Notes: a model not told the origin generated them from the letters alone. A DNA stretch of 64,000 nt from Chrysomallon squamiferum (GCA_012295275.1 CM022666.1:6758001-6822000), one strand, 5' to 3'; positions 29,464-43,510 are shown, counted from the stretch's first letter. Program-made: numbers and translations.

Positions 29464-31099
29464 ATGTTGTTGTTCTTATTCTTTTTTCAAGTTATTTAAT
29501 TTGTTTATCATTACTATTATGATTATCACTGTTATTATTATTTTTACACTTTCTTCATCTAAGTATATTTTTCTTCAACCTTTTATAAAATCCTATAACA
29601 TTACATCAACCTGTGACCTACATTATATACCTCATTAGCTCTTACAAGACCTAATATTAACGACCGTACCCAAATAATTTCCTGTAAAAAAGTAACATAA
29701 TGATATATTTATTTTTATTATTACATTTTTTTTTCTTCAAAAAAGGACATCAAATTACTATCATAAGCAAAGAAAAATCAATAAATCAATAACTCAGTGG
29801 GTTTTTTTTTTTTTTTCAATTCCAATCACAACAGACTTACCTGAGGCTGTTAAAACAGGCTGGTTTTTATTTCATTTACAAGCCTGTTATTTATTTTTTA
29901 AATTAACAGCAATGACAATGATTGATAATTATGTTCTCATGTAATCACGAAATTGTTATTTCATTGCTGAAATCACCTTCAGGTAGTATCTTCCTAAATA
30001 CATTTTCTTTTTTTTTTGTTCAACTCTCAGTTTTCAGTTTTAAGCTGAAAAAATCGTTGCTTGTCTGAAAACATACAGAGCCGTGAATGTTCAGAAATTT
30101 CTCTCGTTTTTCAGACAGATAAAGAGTTTTTTTTTATTATTATTATTATTATTATTCATCTTCAGTGAGAAACTAATAAATTCAGCTTTACAGAATCATT
30201 TTTTAAATTACAGTGATATAAAACAGTCATATGTACATAAGCAAATACATGTACATACATACATACACAGAGACATATGTCAATACAGATATACACATAT
30301 CTAAAACATACTGAAACATTAACACAAACACACGCACGCACACACACACAGATATACACTCATACATACTCACTCACAAACATATTAAAACAAATATATA
30401 TACACATACACATTCACACATATATATACACACATACATATATTCACATCTAAAAGTATACTTACACAATAAAAAACAATAAAGCCCTCAGTATTAGCAA
30501 AAACACATACTACTGTAGATACAACAATTAATATTGTGATTAATGTAACTAAAAATCTTAGCCAAGAAGCTTTTCTGTTTACTTAAATACAAAAGAATTT
30601 TATATAAATAAACACTAATTGTAACAGAAATATAAATACAAATGTAACACCCAAAAATACCAAATTTAATAATAACAGTAGTAGTAGTAGTAGTAGTAAT
30701 AATAATAACTGCACCAGAACACATAATTAGTCAAACTAAATTATTCTGTGTTACTATAAAAAGCATAAACATCATAGCTTTATTATTATACAAAACTCAA
30801 TAAAGACAGCATCCATAAAGTATTTATATCCATAATAGAAAAGTTTTTTTAATAATTATTTACAAGTAATATACAACAGGGAAAGGATGTTCACTGGTAG
30901 AATTAACACACCCAGTGTGAATAGTTGAAAAATATTTATTTACTTAAAATCAGATGTGAATAAAATATTTAAAAGTACTTTTTAATAGATGATTTTTGTT
31001 AAGGCTTCAAATTATTGTAAAGAATAAGGTATGAGGATATATATATTAAAAAATATATAATAAGTGTTGATAATAATAATGAAAAAAACAACAACACTA

Positions 31100-31154
<55 letters not shown>

Positions 31155-32172
31155 GTAATATTGGTTATAAAAAATAAGAACCATAACAATGAAAATAAAA
31201 AATATCAACAAAAATAACAACAACAATAATACTAAATTAATTAATTAATTAATTGAAAATAAAAATAAATAAATAAATATATAAATAAATATATAAATAA
31301 ATAACAAGGAATGAGATGGAGTGTGGATCAGAAATACAAAATATCTACATTGGAAAGAACACCCCCACATTCTGTGCATACATACTTTATGGATGTGCTA
31401 TTATAAATATTTTGTATAAATGTCAACTGGTTATATTGTCATCTCTACCTTTTAGCATGCTACTATATAAGCTCTGTCATTAGTTTGTTAAAATATTCAC
31501 TGTGTCTGTTGTTAGTAAGAGAAATATGAAAGGGTTATATTGATTCCATTTTTAGCAAAATTCAAAACAAATAAAAAAAATCCAAAAAAAATCACTGCAA
31601 ATTTCAAACAATTCTCACCCTAGCATCTTCTGGAATGTATCTCTGAAAAGTTATGCACATTGTATTAAAAGACTGAGTCATGCTAAAAACCATTTGGGTC
31701 ATGTTACTTAAGAAATGGGAATTACTCAGTCTTGTGCAGCTTTTTATATTTCACAGATATTCTTTACTTTTCTTGGGTTAATTGTCTTTTAGAAAAAATT
31801 ACTTATTTTATTATTATAATTTATTATTTATTACTTTTATTCTTCTCTTTATTAATTTATTAATTTATTTACTTATGTTATTAACAAATTAATTAATTAA
31901 AATTAGTACAATATCTTTTAGTTTTCTTTTCTCTTTTTTTTTTCTTTTTTTATGTTCCTTAAACTTTATGTCAGTACTTTATTTTTATGATAAGCAACTA
32001 AAACAAACAAGATGTACGATTGATATTTTATTTTGGTATTTATTCCATTGAAGAAAATAATAAAGTTTAAAAGAACTAAACATTTATATACGAATATAAT
32101 TAAAAAAAGAACAACAACAATGAGACACCAAATTAAGCAACCATTTTAAGAACTGTGGTTATAGAAACTTAC

Positions 32173-32331
32173 CGGTGGGGGTAATTCTTCGTCGTGGGGG
32201 GTGTGGCGGACAGGTGGTTCAGTGGGCGGGGCAGTCACTTGTTCTACAACTCGAGCGTTTGTCACAGCCGGGGAAACTTCAGGGGGAGGAGGTGGGAGAG
32301 GGGGTTCATCTTCAACTGGAGAATTCATCTT
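32173..32331 (-). CDS. dlg1: Dlg exon 4, proline-rich linker (159 nt, phase 0-0)
   Basis: ttgtag|AAG ATG AAT TCT CCA ... CCA CCG|gtaagt. Translates KMNSPVEDEPPLPPPPPEVSPAVTNARVVEQVTAPPTEPPVRHTPHDEELPPP; a GC-rich island in an AT-rich intron, in frame with neighbours. Confidence 0.9.
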
Positions 32332-32337
32332 CTACAA

Positions 32338-32400
<63 letters not shown>

Positions 32401-33270
32401 AATAAAATAAAATAAATAGTAAACTAAAAAATAAAATAAAATAAAAATAAAAAATAAAAAAACTAACTAAAATAAATTAATTAATAAATAAATAAATAAA
32501 TAAATAAATTAAATGAATAAAAAAAAAAAAAAATAAATAAATAAAAAATAAAATAAAGTAAAATAAAATAAATAAATAGATAGTAAATAATTAACAGATG
32601 ACAACTAACTAAAATGTTTAATTATACTTTAACAACACTTATTATAAATCTTCGAAGTCTGCAAACATTCTAATCAAAATAAAATATTACTATATAATAT
32701 AATGTTATGTAAAGTTACTATTTATTTTTTTATAAATTTAACAAAAAAGTTTGATATTGTTTCTACTTTAGTTAAATGATTATTTAAAAATGTACTGCAA
32801 TTATTTTGTACTTATTATTTAATTTTATTTATTTATTTATTTATTTATAAAAAAAAAAAAAATTTTTTAGATCATGTCTATTTTCTTTCTTCAATGGTAA
32901 CTCATGAACTTTTCATTTTACAGATTTTTAAAATTTAAAACCGTGTAGATTATGTAATAACATTTCAATTATTATTTAATTTTTAATTTTTATCATATTT
33001 ATTTATTTATTTATTTATTATATACTTTTTACTAATTTGTATATTTTATTTTATTTTATTTTAATTTAATTAAAATTAATTATTTTATTATTATTTGTTA
33101 TTTTTTATTAGTTATTTCATTATTATTTAGGTGATTTTATTATTTTACTTTACTTTATTCTTTTTTATCAATATTTTTTTTAACTTCTTTTGTATTTTTT
33201 TTTTTTTTTTTGTTAGTTATTTCATTATTATTATTATTTTTTTATTTTTACAGGTGATAATTCAAACTAC

Positions 33271-33398
33271 CTTTGGCTGGTTGTTGCTGATGGCAGGTTC
33301 ATGCTCCCATTTCCTTGCCAACCACAAAGTTTCTAAAGTCTTTTCCTGTGTAGACTTTGTGTCATCTAGAAGAGTCAGCTCATAAAACTCCTGTATTT
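33271..33398 (-). CDS. dlg1: Dlg exon 3, end of L27 plus linker (128 nt, phase 1-0)
   Basis: cttccag|AA ATA CAG GAG TTT TAT GAG CTG ACT CTT CTA GAT GAC ... CCA AAG|gtagtt. Translates (E)IQEFYELTLLDDTKSTQEKTLETLWLARKWEHEPAISNNQPK, matching the conserved Dlg IQEFYExTLLD motif. Absent from the ORF track. Confidence 0.95.
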
Positions 33399-33751
33399 CT
33401 GGAAGTTCAAAATAATAATAAAAATAATAACAACAACAGCAGCAATATCAACAACAACAGCAACAACAACAACAAAAATAACAAAAAAATAATAAGAATA
33501 AGAATAATAACAGTAATAATAACAACAATAACAAAAATAACAAAAAAATAAGAAGAACAGTAATAATAACAACAACAAAAATAACAAAAAAATAATAAGA
33601 AGAATAAGAATAATAACAGTAATAATAACAACAATAACAAAATAATAATAATAACAACAACAACTAAATAAAATAAGAAAATAATAATTGTAATAACTTG
33701 TTTAACAACATATCATCACACCTTAATAGTTGTTGAAGCCAAATATATAAA

Positions 33752-33802
<51 letters not shown>

Positions 33803-33841
33803 GAGAGAGAAGAGAGAGAAGAAAAAGAGAAGAGAGATGAG

Positions 33842-33883
<42 letters not shown>

Positions 33884-35425
33884 AAACAAAGACAAGAAAG
33901 AAGAGAAAAAAGTAAGAAAAAATAAATGAATGAGAGGATATTCAAAGAGAAAAAATTAAAATGAACAAATATAATATAACATATTTAAAAATAAACAGCA
34001 ATTATCAAATATTATTGTATTTTTATTATTATTATTACTCTTTTTTTGTGTGTATAATATCTGAAATACACACAACAAATTTTAATATTAATGTTGATTA
34101 ATACGTTTGTTTTTACTGTGGTATGAAAGAATTAACACTAAGGTGTCTTTCCAGTAAAGCTTCCAGTGTATTTGAATGTATAGTGCATACATGCTAACTG
34201 GGATATTCAGAAATGTTAGCTGAGACACAGAAACTAATCAATGTGTTATACACACTGCAATTTCTATCAGTTAAAGTAATAATGGTAATGGATATTTGGG
34301 TTTTTGAAAAACAAAACAAAATCTATTATTTAATTTTAAGATTTTATCATATTTATTTATTTGTTTAATCTATTTTTTAGTTTATTTATTTATTTTATTA
34401 TTATTATTATTATTTTTATTTTTATATTTTTAAATTTATTTATTTATTTATTTATTTATTTTAATTAATTAATTTATTAATTTATTTATTGGTTTATTTA
34501 TTGGTTTATTTAGAATTTATTTATTTATTTATTTACTTATTTAATATTAATTAAATTTACTTACTTGATATTTATTTATGTATTTAAATTTATTTATTTA
34601 TTTATTCAGTTTTATTTATTTCAACAATAACCATAATCTTACTTTGACATTGTGCATGAGTGGGAGAAAAAAAATTTAAGAAAGAATGTGAAGAAAATGA
34701 GAGTGATCAAAACAGATATAGAGGCATGGACAAAAAATAAACAGATACTAACAGATGGACAGTTCAAGTATATGTGTATGTGACAGAATTTCTGAGGTAA
34801 ATAATTATTTTGTCAGGACACAAAGCATACCATGCTGAATGTTAATGTATGATGAATTAAAATGATCAATATTTATGTTGAAATTAACTTTTTAAATTAA
34901 ATTCAACACACACATTAATGAATAAGTAAACAAATGAAAAAAAAAATGAATGTACAAAATTTAACAAATGAAGGTATGATCAAATGAGAAAAAAAAAAAA
35001 TGGAAGTGTAAAAATAATGATGGGAATAATGAAATAAATTTAATAAAATAATGAAAAAAAAAAAAATGATGTGAATAATGAAAAAAAAAAAAAATAAAAA
35101 AAAAAAAAAAAAAAAAAAACAATTAAAGAACAAACAAATGAAAAAAAAAAAAAAAAAAAAAAAAAAAACAACAACAACAAACGAATGAATGAATAACAAT
35201 TTGAGACAAACACTTCACCAATCAGTGGGAATTTTAAACATTTCACACGCACGTGCACTGGCGTTAATGAGGCAGATAATGAGCAAACAATTGCAAAGAT
35301 AGGACGAAAACTGGCGAATTTAAAAAGAAGAGTGGTAAATACGACAGTAATCGCCAGCTTCACCGAGAGAGAAAATTACACCAAAGATCTACTGCAGCAC
35401 ATCATGATCATCGCAAGACACATAT

Positions 35426-35456
<31 letters not shown>

Positions 35457-35575
35457 CACCCTCTCTTCTTTTCCTCGAATCTCGAAATGACACCACATCG
35501 ATAGAGCAACAGTATGGACTGAGTGAATTTCGTCTACAGAGCCAAGAAGGCTGCCTCTTGTTTGTAGAAGCAAAG

Positions 35576-36016
35576 TGAATAATGTAAAAACAAGCACATG
35601 GTGACTGTTATTGGTAACACTATTAATTTTCATCCAGCAGAAATCCAGAGTTAATAATCCTAGCCATTATTTCTCTATCATAAACGTGATAATATTCTAC
35701 CCAGCACTGAGTATTAAGTAACAATAAGTCCAGCAATTATTTCAGTATCATGAGAACAAATATTCAGGCTAATCCTGGTCTCTATTTCTGAGCTGTAAGC
35801 CAGATATGCTTGTAGCTGATGTCAACATTTTGTAACAAAACTTCTAGAATATTCTGGCTAATGTGGACAATTTTATAATGATACTCTTAGCCATCATTTC
35901 CGAAAAGTAGCTAAAGCCAAATATTTTATAAATGAACTCCTGCCTTCATTTCAGTATCACACTCGTAACTATTAATTTGGTGCTATAAAAATGATATAAT
36001 TATAGCCAGTGCTTAA
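35576..36016 (+). repeat. Dispersed repeat copy A (inverted relative to 49624-50060)
   Basis: Long stretches are reverse complements of copy B, e.g. AAATCCAGAGTTAATAATCCTAGCCATTATTTCTCTATCATAAAC and ATAATTATAGCCAGTGCTTAA. Confidence 0.92.
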
Positions 36017-38282
36017 CATTTTGTATCAGAATCATGTGAAAGAATATTCTGGAATTTCCCAACCTATATCCCATATTATAAACAAAATATTTTGTAACTA
36101 TCCTTCTAGCCAAAATTTCAGCACAATTTAAAAATATTTGTACTAACTGTTAGACTTTTCACACAAAAATTTAACCATTCTTCAGTCTTACATAAAAAGA
36201 CAATATCTTGCCTAATGCAGAATATTTTGCATCAGTATTTCTAGTCATAATTTTAATTATGTACACAAGATATTTTCTGATAACACAAAGGATAAGGCAA
36301 CAATAATTTTAATTACATTATTAATATGATTCATGATAATAAATATTTTGATAATCAACAGTAAGTTATACAATACTAATTTCAGTTTCACAAAACATTT
36401 TGGCTTAAACAGTAAAAAGTAAAATTTGCTTAATGACAAGACTAAAGCACTTTTGTTAATTATTCTGTCATCATTTGCTAATTCAAACACATTTTTCTTC
36501 AAACAAAACCTGCCACATTTTACTACTGCAGTTAGAAATGTTTTATGTGTACATAACTACACACAGGACCATAAAATTAAAGCACAGCCTTTAATGTAGC
36601 ACATAAAATTAATGTAAAGGCTGATAATAATTATAATATTAATAAAAATCATGGCTGTCCATTTTGTAATTTTACTCTTTCTATCTGTGGTATATGTAAT
36701 ATAATACTATGGCTAACTAAATTAAAAATAAATATTTAATAATTTAATTTAATAACAGCTTTAAAGTTTAATTTTAAGGCAGTGATTTAAAAAAAAAAAA
36801 AAAAAAAAACACCAAAACAAAACGTACTGACATTAATACAATAACAGGCAAATAAAGAAATTTGAATGGATGTTGAAAATCTCTGTAAGATTATTCTTAA
36901 TCATTTATGTAAAATGATTCTTATGTAAAAATATTCTTTACATAAAGAAACGTAAAAAAATCAACAAAAAAAAATAATTATACTGAGACGTTTTCAAATG
37001 GAAATCTGCCTCCAGATTAAAATGGTTGCTCGTCACCAAACCAATTCCCACTGGAGGCGATGTTAGCATTTTCACAAAACAACTGACACAAACAGCACAT
37101 CACTCTCCACAGACAACGCACATTCAACACAGCAGCTCTGCAAATTTAATCTTCTTTAAAGAATCAGCTCGCACAGAACAGAAATAAAGACCATTTACAG
37201 CAGCTGGGCGCATTTTTCTGAGTAGAGTGAAGCTTTACTCTTCTCAATACACCACCTGTTGTTTTTAGTAAGCAAAAAAAAACACAAAAAAAAAAACACA
37301 GCTGTATGCTTTGAGTATATACATGAAAGAAAAAAAATATTGCCATATTAACTCACTTGCTTAAATAATCAATATAATGTTATAAGCAATGACAGCTCTG
37401 GATTTTGCTCATTTGCATAAATTATCCATTATTAGGTAACTAAAGAACCAAATAAAATATTTCATGAATTTTTCTCTCTTTTTTTTTTTCTTCAATTTTT
37501 CAATATTTTTTCTTAATTATCAATATCTGAAGTTACAGAGAAGAAATCCATCTCATTTGCATAAATTACCCATCTTCAGAAAAATATAAATATCTCCTTG
37601 GGGATAATCCGTAATTCATTTAGCTATTTCCTATTCCAAACACGTACCTTAGTTTTATAATTAATATTAATGAAATAAAATTAAACATTAAAAATAAAAC
37701 AAATTTAACAACAAACATCAAAATCATAATCAAATGAAAATTAAAAACACTGCACAATAATATAATAACAAAACAAAAAAATCATACATAAATAAAAACG
37801 AATTCAGCAAAAACTGACTCTAAAGATGAAGAGAAAGTGATCTATATTAAATCTATACTAAATATTCAAATATTCTGCATCTGATTCAAAGTGACTATAC
37901 AAGTGAAATGACACGTTATAATTTACAGTGGTCAAGATAACGGTGTAGGGCAGAAACAATATGTTTAGAAGTGAGTAAACTGAGTTTTCCTGTGAGTTAG
38001 TTTATAGTACAATGCTCACACGCTGTGAGTATTATTGATTAACAAACCCATTCATTAAGAACAATGAAGCTTGGACTGTACTGTTCTATGGCAGTTTCCA
38101 GCAAACACAAAAGAATGGACAGACATACTCTTGGACACAGTGTGGATTTAGCACTAATGATTAAACACAAACAATGACCAGTGTTATTTATAATTACAGG
38201 GTATAGCTATGATTGGTAAAATCAGAAATAAATTAAAAAAAATCTTGAGATTTACAACAACTTGAAATTTGTAAGTGTGCAG

Positions 38283-38945
38283 AAGTTAAAGACTGGTAGA
38301 ATCACCTTTACATAGCAAATCTGTCAACTACATTATTTTATACATTAATGTTGAACTAAAAACTGGTAGAATCACCTAGCAAATGTGTCATACTACATTA
38401 TTTTATACATTAATGTTGAACTAAAAACTGGTAGAATCACCTTTACATAGCAAATGTGTCAACTACATTATTTTATACATTAATGTTTAACTAAAAACTG
38501 GTAGAATCATTTTTACATTAATGTTGAACTAAAAACTGTAGAATCACCTTTACATAGCAAATGTGTCACTTTACATTATTTTACACATTAATGTTGAACT
38601 AAAAACTGGCAGAATCACCTTTACATAGCAAATCTGTCAACTACATTATTTTACACATTAATGTTGAACTAAAAACTGGCAGAATCACCTTTACATAGCA
38701 AATCTGTCAACTACATTATTTTACACATTAATGTTGAACTAAAAACTGGCAGAATCACCTTTACATAGCAAATGTGTCAACTTTACATTATTTTACACAT
38801 TAATGTTGAACTAAAAACTGGTAGAATCACTTTTACATTGTAAATGTGTCACTTTACATAGCAAATCTGTCAACTTTACATTATTTTACACATTAATGTT
38901 GAACTAAAGACAGGTACAATCACCTTTACATAGCAAATCTGTCAT
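38283..38945. repeat. 70-bp minisatellite, about 10 units
   Basis: Unit AAAAACTGGCAGAATCACCTTTACATAGCAAATCTGTCAACTACATTATTTTACACATTAATGTTGAACT recurs at 38601, 38671 and 38741. Confidence 0.95.
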
Positions 38946-39384
38946 ATATCATAGAGCTTATTTTATATATTTATGCAGTACTGATTCTGATTCAGTGAGT
39001 CAGTATTGTAACTTCTACTGTATGCACATTAATGTTTAACTAAAGACTCACATTCACATTTACATAGTAAATGTAACTCACATTCACATTTATTTTACAC
39101 ATTAAGTTTAACTAAAATTCATCACATTTACAAATATAACTCAAATTTTTACATTTAATGTTGAACAGTTTAACTCACATTCAAATTTCACACATTATTT
39201 TACACATTAATGTTGAACTCAAAAACTGGTACAATTTTACACTTACAAATATAACTCACATTCATTTTACACATTAATGTTTAACTAACATTCAATCATT
39301 TACATAGCAAACCTGTCATAAGCTTATTTTATATATTTACATTTACATTTTCAGTGAGTCAGTATTGTAACTCTACTGTATGCA

Positions 39385-39815
39385 CTCACATTCATATTTA
39401 CACTTACAGTATAACTCACATTCACATTTACACTTACAGTATAACTCACATTCACATTTACACTTACAGTATAACTCACACTTTACATTTACACTTACAG
39501 TATAACTCACACTCACATTTACACTTACAGTATAACTCAAATTCACATTTACACTTACAGTTTAACTCACACTCACATTTACACTTACAGTTTAACTCAC
39601 ACTCACATTTACACTTACAGTATAACTCACATTTACACTTACAGTATAACTCACATTTACATTTACATTTACAGTATAACTCACACTCACATTTACACTT
39701 ACAGTATAACTCACATTCACATTTACACTTACAGTATAACTCACATTCACATTTACACTTACAGCATAACTCACATTCACATTCACACTTACAGTATAAC
39801 TCACATTCACATTTA
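39385..39815. repeat. 30-bp minisatellite, about 14 units
   Basis: Unit ATAACTCACATTCACATTTACACTTACAGT; explains the His-rich ORF 39354-39953. Confidence 0.95.
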
Positions 39816-41599
39816 ACCTTCTGCTTCTCTTTAGTTACTGTCAGTTTTAAAATTCTGCTTAATTCATCATTAATTATTTATACAGTATCACTTGCCTGTT
39901 GTTATAACAGAAACTCTGGTACACTGTATCGTATTTTCAATGATCTAGTATGACACATGTATTTCATTTACTTTCTTGGTGTATCTAAAATGTGCCTCAA
40001 TGTGTAGAAGCTAATAAATAAATAAATAAATAATACTTATAATAACAGCAACAACAACAACAGTAACAACAGCAACAGCAACAGTAACAACAACAACAAT
40101 AATGATAAAAACAGTGGATAATAACAATGCTTATATTTATTAGTCCATATTGTACCAAGCAATTAAAACTTATGTAGTGATAACTGACACAGGTAGCGAA
40201 TATATTAATGAAAAGAGAATAAAACGTTTTCTAGTGTATGCGGAAGCTAATAAAATGAAATATAAAAAAATGAATACAAACTATGAATAAAATTATCTTG
40301 TTTTTATCAATTCAGTATTGTCTACTTTACCAAGTAAATAAATTTTTTCCTGGTAACACTATTTAACAATACCCACCAAGCTAACAAAGATGTTATTAGA
40401 AAAAAAATAATTATGAACTATTGGCAGTGCACACACAAGTTAAAAAAAAAATTAAAAAAAAAAATCTTCAGTTTTTCAAATTTCATTTTTTTTTTTTTCT
40501 TTTTTTTTGGGATAGTTTGTTTATTCCACAGTAAGGTGTTAGTAAAAAGTAAAGTTTGTCGTGGTTTTCTGGTGCTAATAAAATGAAAAATAAAAATAAT
40601 CTTCAAACTGTGGAGTACAGCAGTTCTTATTTTCCCCACTCAACCACAGTGCTTGGTTCACACAGACAGTAACAGGTTCATAAACAGAACTTTGTCATCA
40701 CATATAGAAGCTAATAAAATACAATAAAAAAATGTTGTTTATTCAAACTATTAAGTACATGTTTCCATGTGATGTCATTATCTCTGTTTTTCCCAATAAA
40801 CAAAACATAAATCCACCAAAATGCTTCTCAAATGGGCCAGCACACAAATCTTCCATTAGATCAATTTCACTGTTAGTGTCAATTAACAAACTTTACTACA
40901 AAGTTGCATTAACAACGTAAACTTTAATGTAATATATATTTTATGATGGAAGGAAAGTCTCTTTGCCATTTGCCTTGCTAAAATCAACCAACTAAGAAAA
41001 CAAAATGGTGGTGGTGCTTTGCACACTGGGACAGCTCATCCAAAGTGGTGAGTGATATCAGTGAAAACAAACAGAGTTCTAACATTCAGCTCTGTATTAA
41101 ACAATTGTTTATTCAACACTGTTAAAAAATGAGTAAATGTTTAATAATACTTCAGCCTTGTGCAGTATGATAGTGCTGATCAGGTATAAGATGGATGGCT
41201 TTATTTTGTTTATATAATAAAATTAGAATAAGGGATTGTTTACATTGGTTCTTCCTAGTTGTGTGCACATGACTGATATCATTAACAATATCATCTCACC
41301 AAGAAAAAAGGAAAAAAGGAATTATACAGAGCCAATGAAAATACTATACAACACAGTGATAATGATCTTCATTTCCATATATTTGTTTTTCAAATTAGGT
41401 TTTATAGAAGGGATTTGGGAGTGGAGGAAAATGCACAAGATCTGCACTTTTAATAGCTTTGTCCAATTATGTTTGTTAGGCTGCAAGTACATAAACGTAA
41501 TGGAGATTGTGTTACAAGTGTGGGTACAGGGAAAGGCTTAACAGATTTGCTATTTTTAATGATATAATAAAATATCAAAGACTAATATTGCAATGTCGT

Positions 41600-41720
41600 A
41601 CTGTGGTTCAGTGGTTACAGTCAAAGCTTCCCTCCTGATGGCAACAGGATCAATCCTTTTCAATTCCACAAGTGGAACATTTCCTATTCCAGACAGTAAC
41701 TTATTTCATTATCTAAACAA
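41600..41720 (+). mobile_element. Degenerate tRNA-derived SINE head
   Basis: A-box-like TGGTTCAGTGG and B-box-like GGATCAATCC, followed by ATTTCCTATTCCAGACAG. Related to the opposite-strand fragment at 23885-23990 (GGCTGGAACAAGAAA...TGATCC). Confidence 0.45.
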
Positions 41721-42116
41721 CACTTAAGCACAAATTTAGATGTTTTAAACTCTTCATATACATCATCAATCAATAACAGCAATATTAATAGTTGTGTTGT
41801 TTATAACTACTGTATTACCACTTGTCCTAAGCAAGAAGAATCTACAAAACGTCAAGAAATCTTGTTACAACTGACTCTTAATATGTGATTTATTGAAAAT
41901 CGACCGAAGCAGGAAAACTGTTCAATGGTGCCGTCAGTGTGAATTGATCCTGCAACAAACACTTTAAGCAATTTACCATTTCCTTTCACTGTGAGAGAAA
42001 AATCAACATTTAGTGTCACTTACTAACGACCGCTCTGAGATAGGAAACAGGAGGGGATGAGTTTAATGATTACACAGCACAGAGCCTGTAGATAGCTCTT
42101 TCTGAATGGTGTTTGT

Positions 42117-42154
<38 letters not shown>

Positions 42155-42277
42155 CTGTGTGTGTCTATTTGTATACATGTGTATTTGTGTGTGTGCACAT
42201 ATATTAATGTGAATGAATGCATGTTTAAGCACATGTTTGAATATTAGCATTAATGTTAGACCAAGCATATGAGTAAA

Positions 42278-42347
<70 letters not shown>

Positions 42348-43244
42348 CAAGAATGTTTATACATGTACACATGTGCATGTGCATAACACACACACACACA
42401 CACACACAAACTCTATACATGTCTGTGTACAGAATATTCCCACATTTTAAACAAGCTTGTATCACTGAAAAATAACTTATCTTAAATTAGCTGTGAATAA
42501 TGCTTATTAGCTTCATTCACTTTTAATCTGGTTTGACAATACTGGCGTCATGCAGACATAGTGGGGAAAACAGACAAGTGCACACACACACACATGTAGT
42601 ATACACACATAGACACATGGATACACACTCATACACACAAATACACATACATACACATGTATACACTCATACACATATACACATGTATACACTCATACAC
42701 ACAAAAACACACATACACAAATACACACACACACACATGTATACACACACACACACACATACATGTATACACCATACACAAATACACATGTATACAAAAA
42801 ATATACACATATACCCACACAGCAATATACATTTATCAAAAACATACAAAAAAACACACAAAAAAAATCCCCACAGCAATACATTTATCAAAACAAAAAA
42901 AAAAACCCAGCTAACAACACAATCAAATCATTCAATAAGCTGATTATGTGGTCTCACCAATTTTGTTATTAATAAAAAAAATAAAAAAATAAACCCATCA
43001 AAACTGTCAGTTACAAAGTTCTATCCATTGATGATCACTTACTGCAGTGTTAATGACATTACTGTCAAAAACAGATTAATTATTCAAACACTAAAAACAC
43101 TCTGCACGATGACAACATAGATTTTTACAACTAATCTTTCCAATATTCAAGGTTATTTATCACATGTGATAGAAGCTGGATCGAATTGTTGACAGTCAAG
43201 TTATGAATAAATATGAGAAAACTGATTTAGACATCAATATACTG

Positions 43245-43510
43245 TACAAGTGGTTACAAACTTCAGTGACTGTATGATATATGGTTACAAACTTCTGCAC
43301 AATATATTGTTACAAATTTCAATGATTGTACATTATATGGTTACAAATTTCAAAGATTCTACATTAACTGGTTACAAATTTCCGTGACTGTATATTATTT
43401 GGTTACAAATTTCAGTACAAATTAGTTATTAGACTACAAATTTCAGTTACTGCTTATTACATATTATAAAATTCAGTTACTGTACATTATGTTACAAACT
43501 GCAAAAATTA
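43245..43510. repeat. Degenerate ~30-bp tandem repeat
   Basis: TGGTTACAAA(C/T)TTCAGTGACTGTACATTA core, about 8 copies. Confidence 0.85.

Noticed and set aside
38283-39815. CRISPR-like appearance of regular repeats
   Set aside because: Units are contiguous with no unique spacers, no cas genes, eukaryotic context.
39354-39953. 199-aa His-rich ORF (HSHLHLQYNS repeats)
   Set aside because: Translation of the 30-bp minisatellite, non-ATG start, antisense to a Dlg intron.
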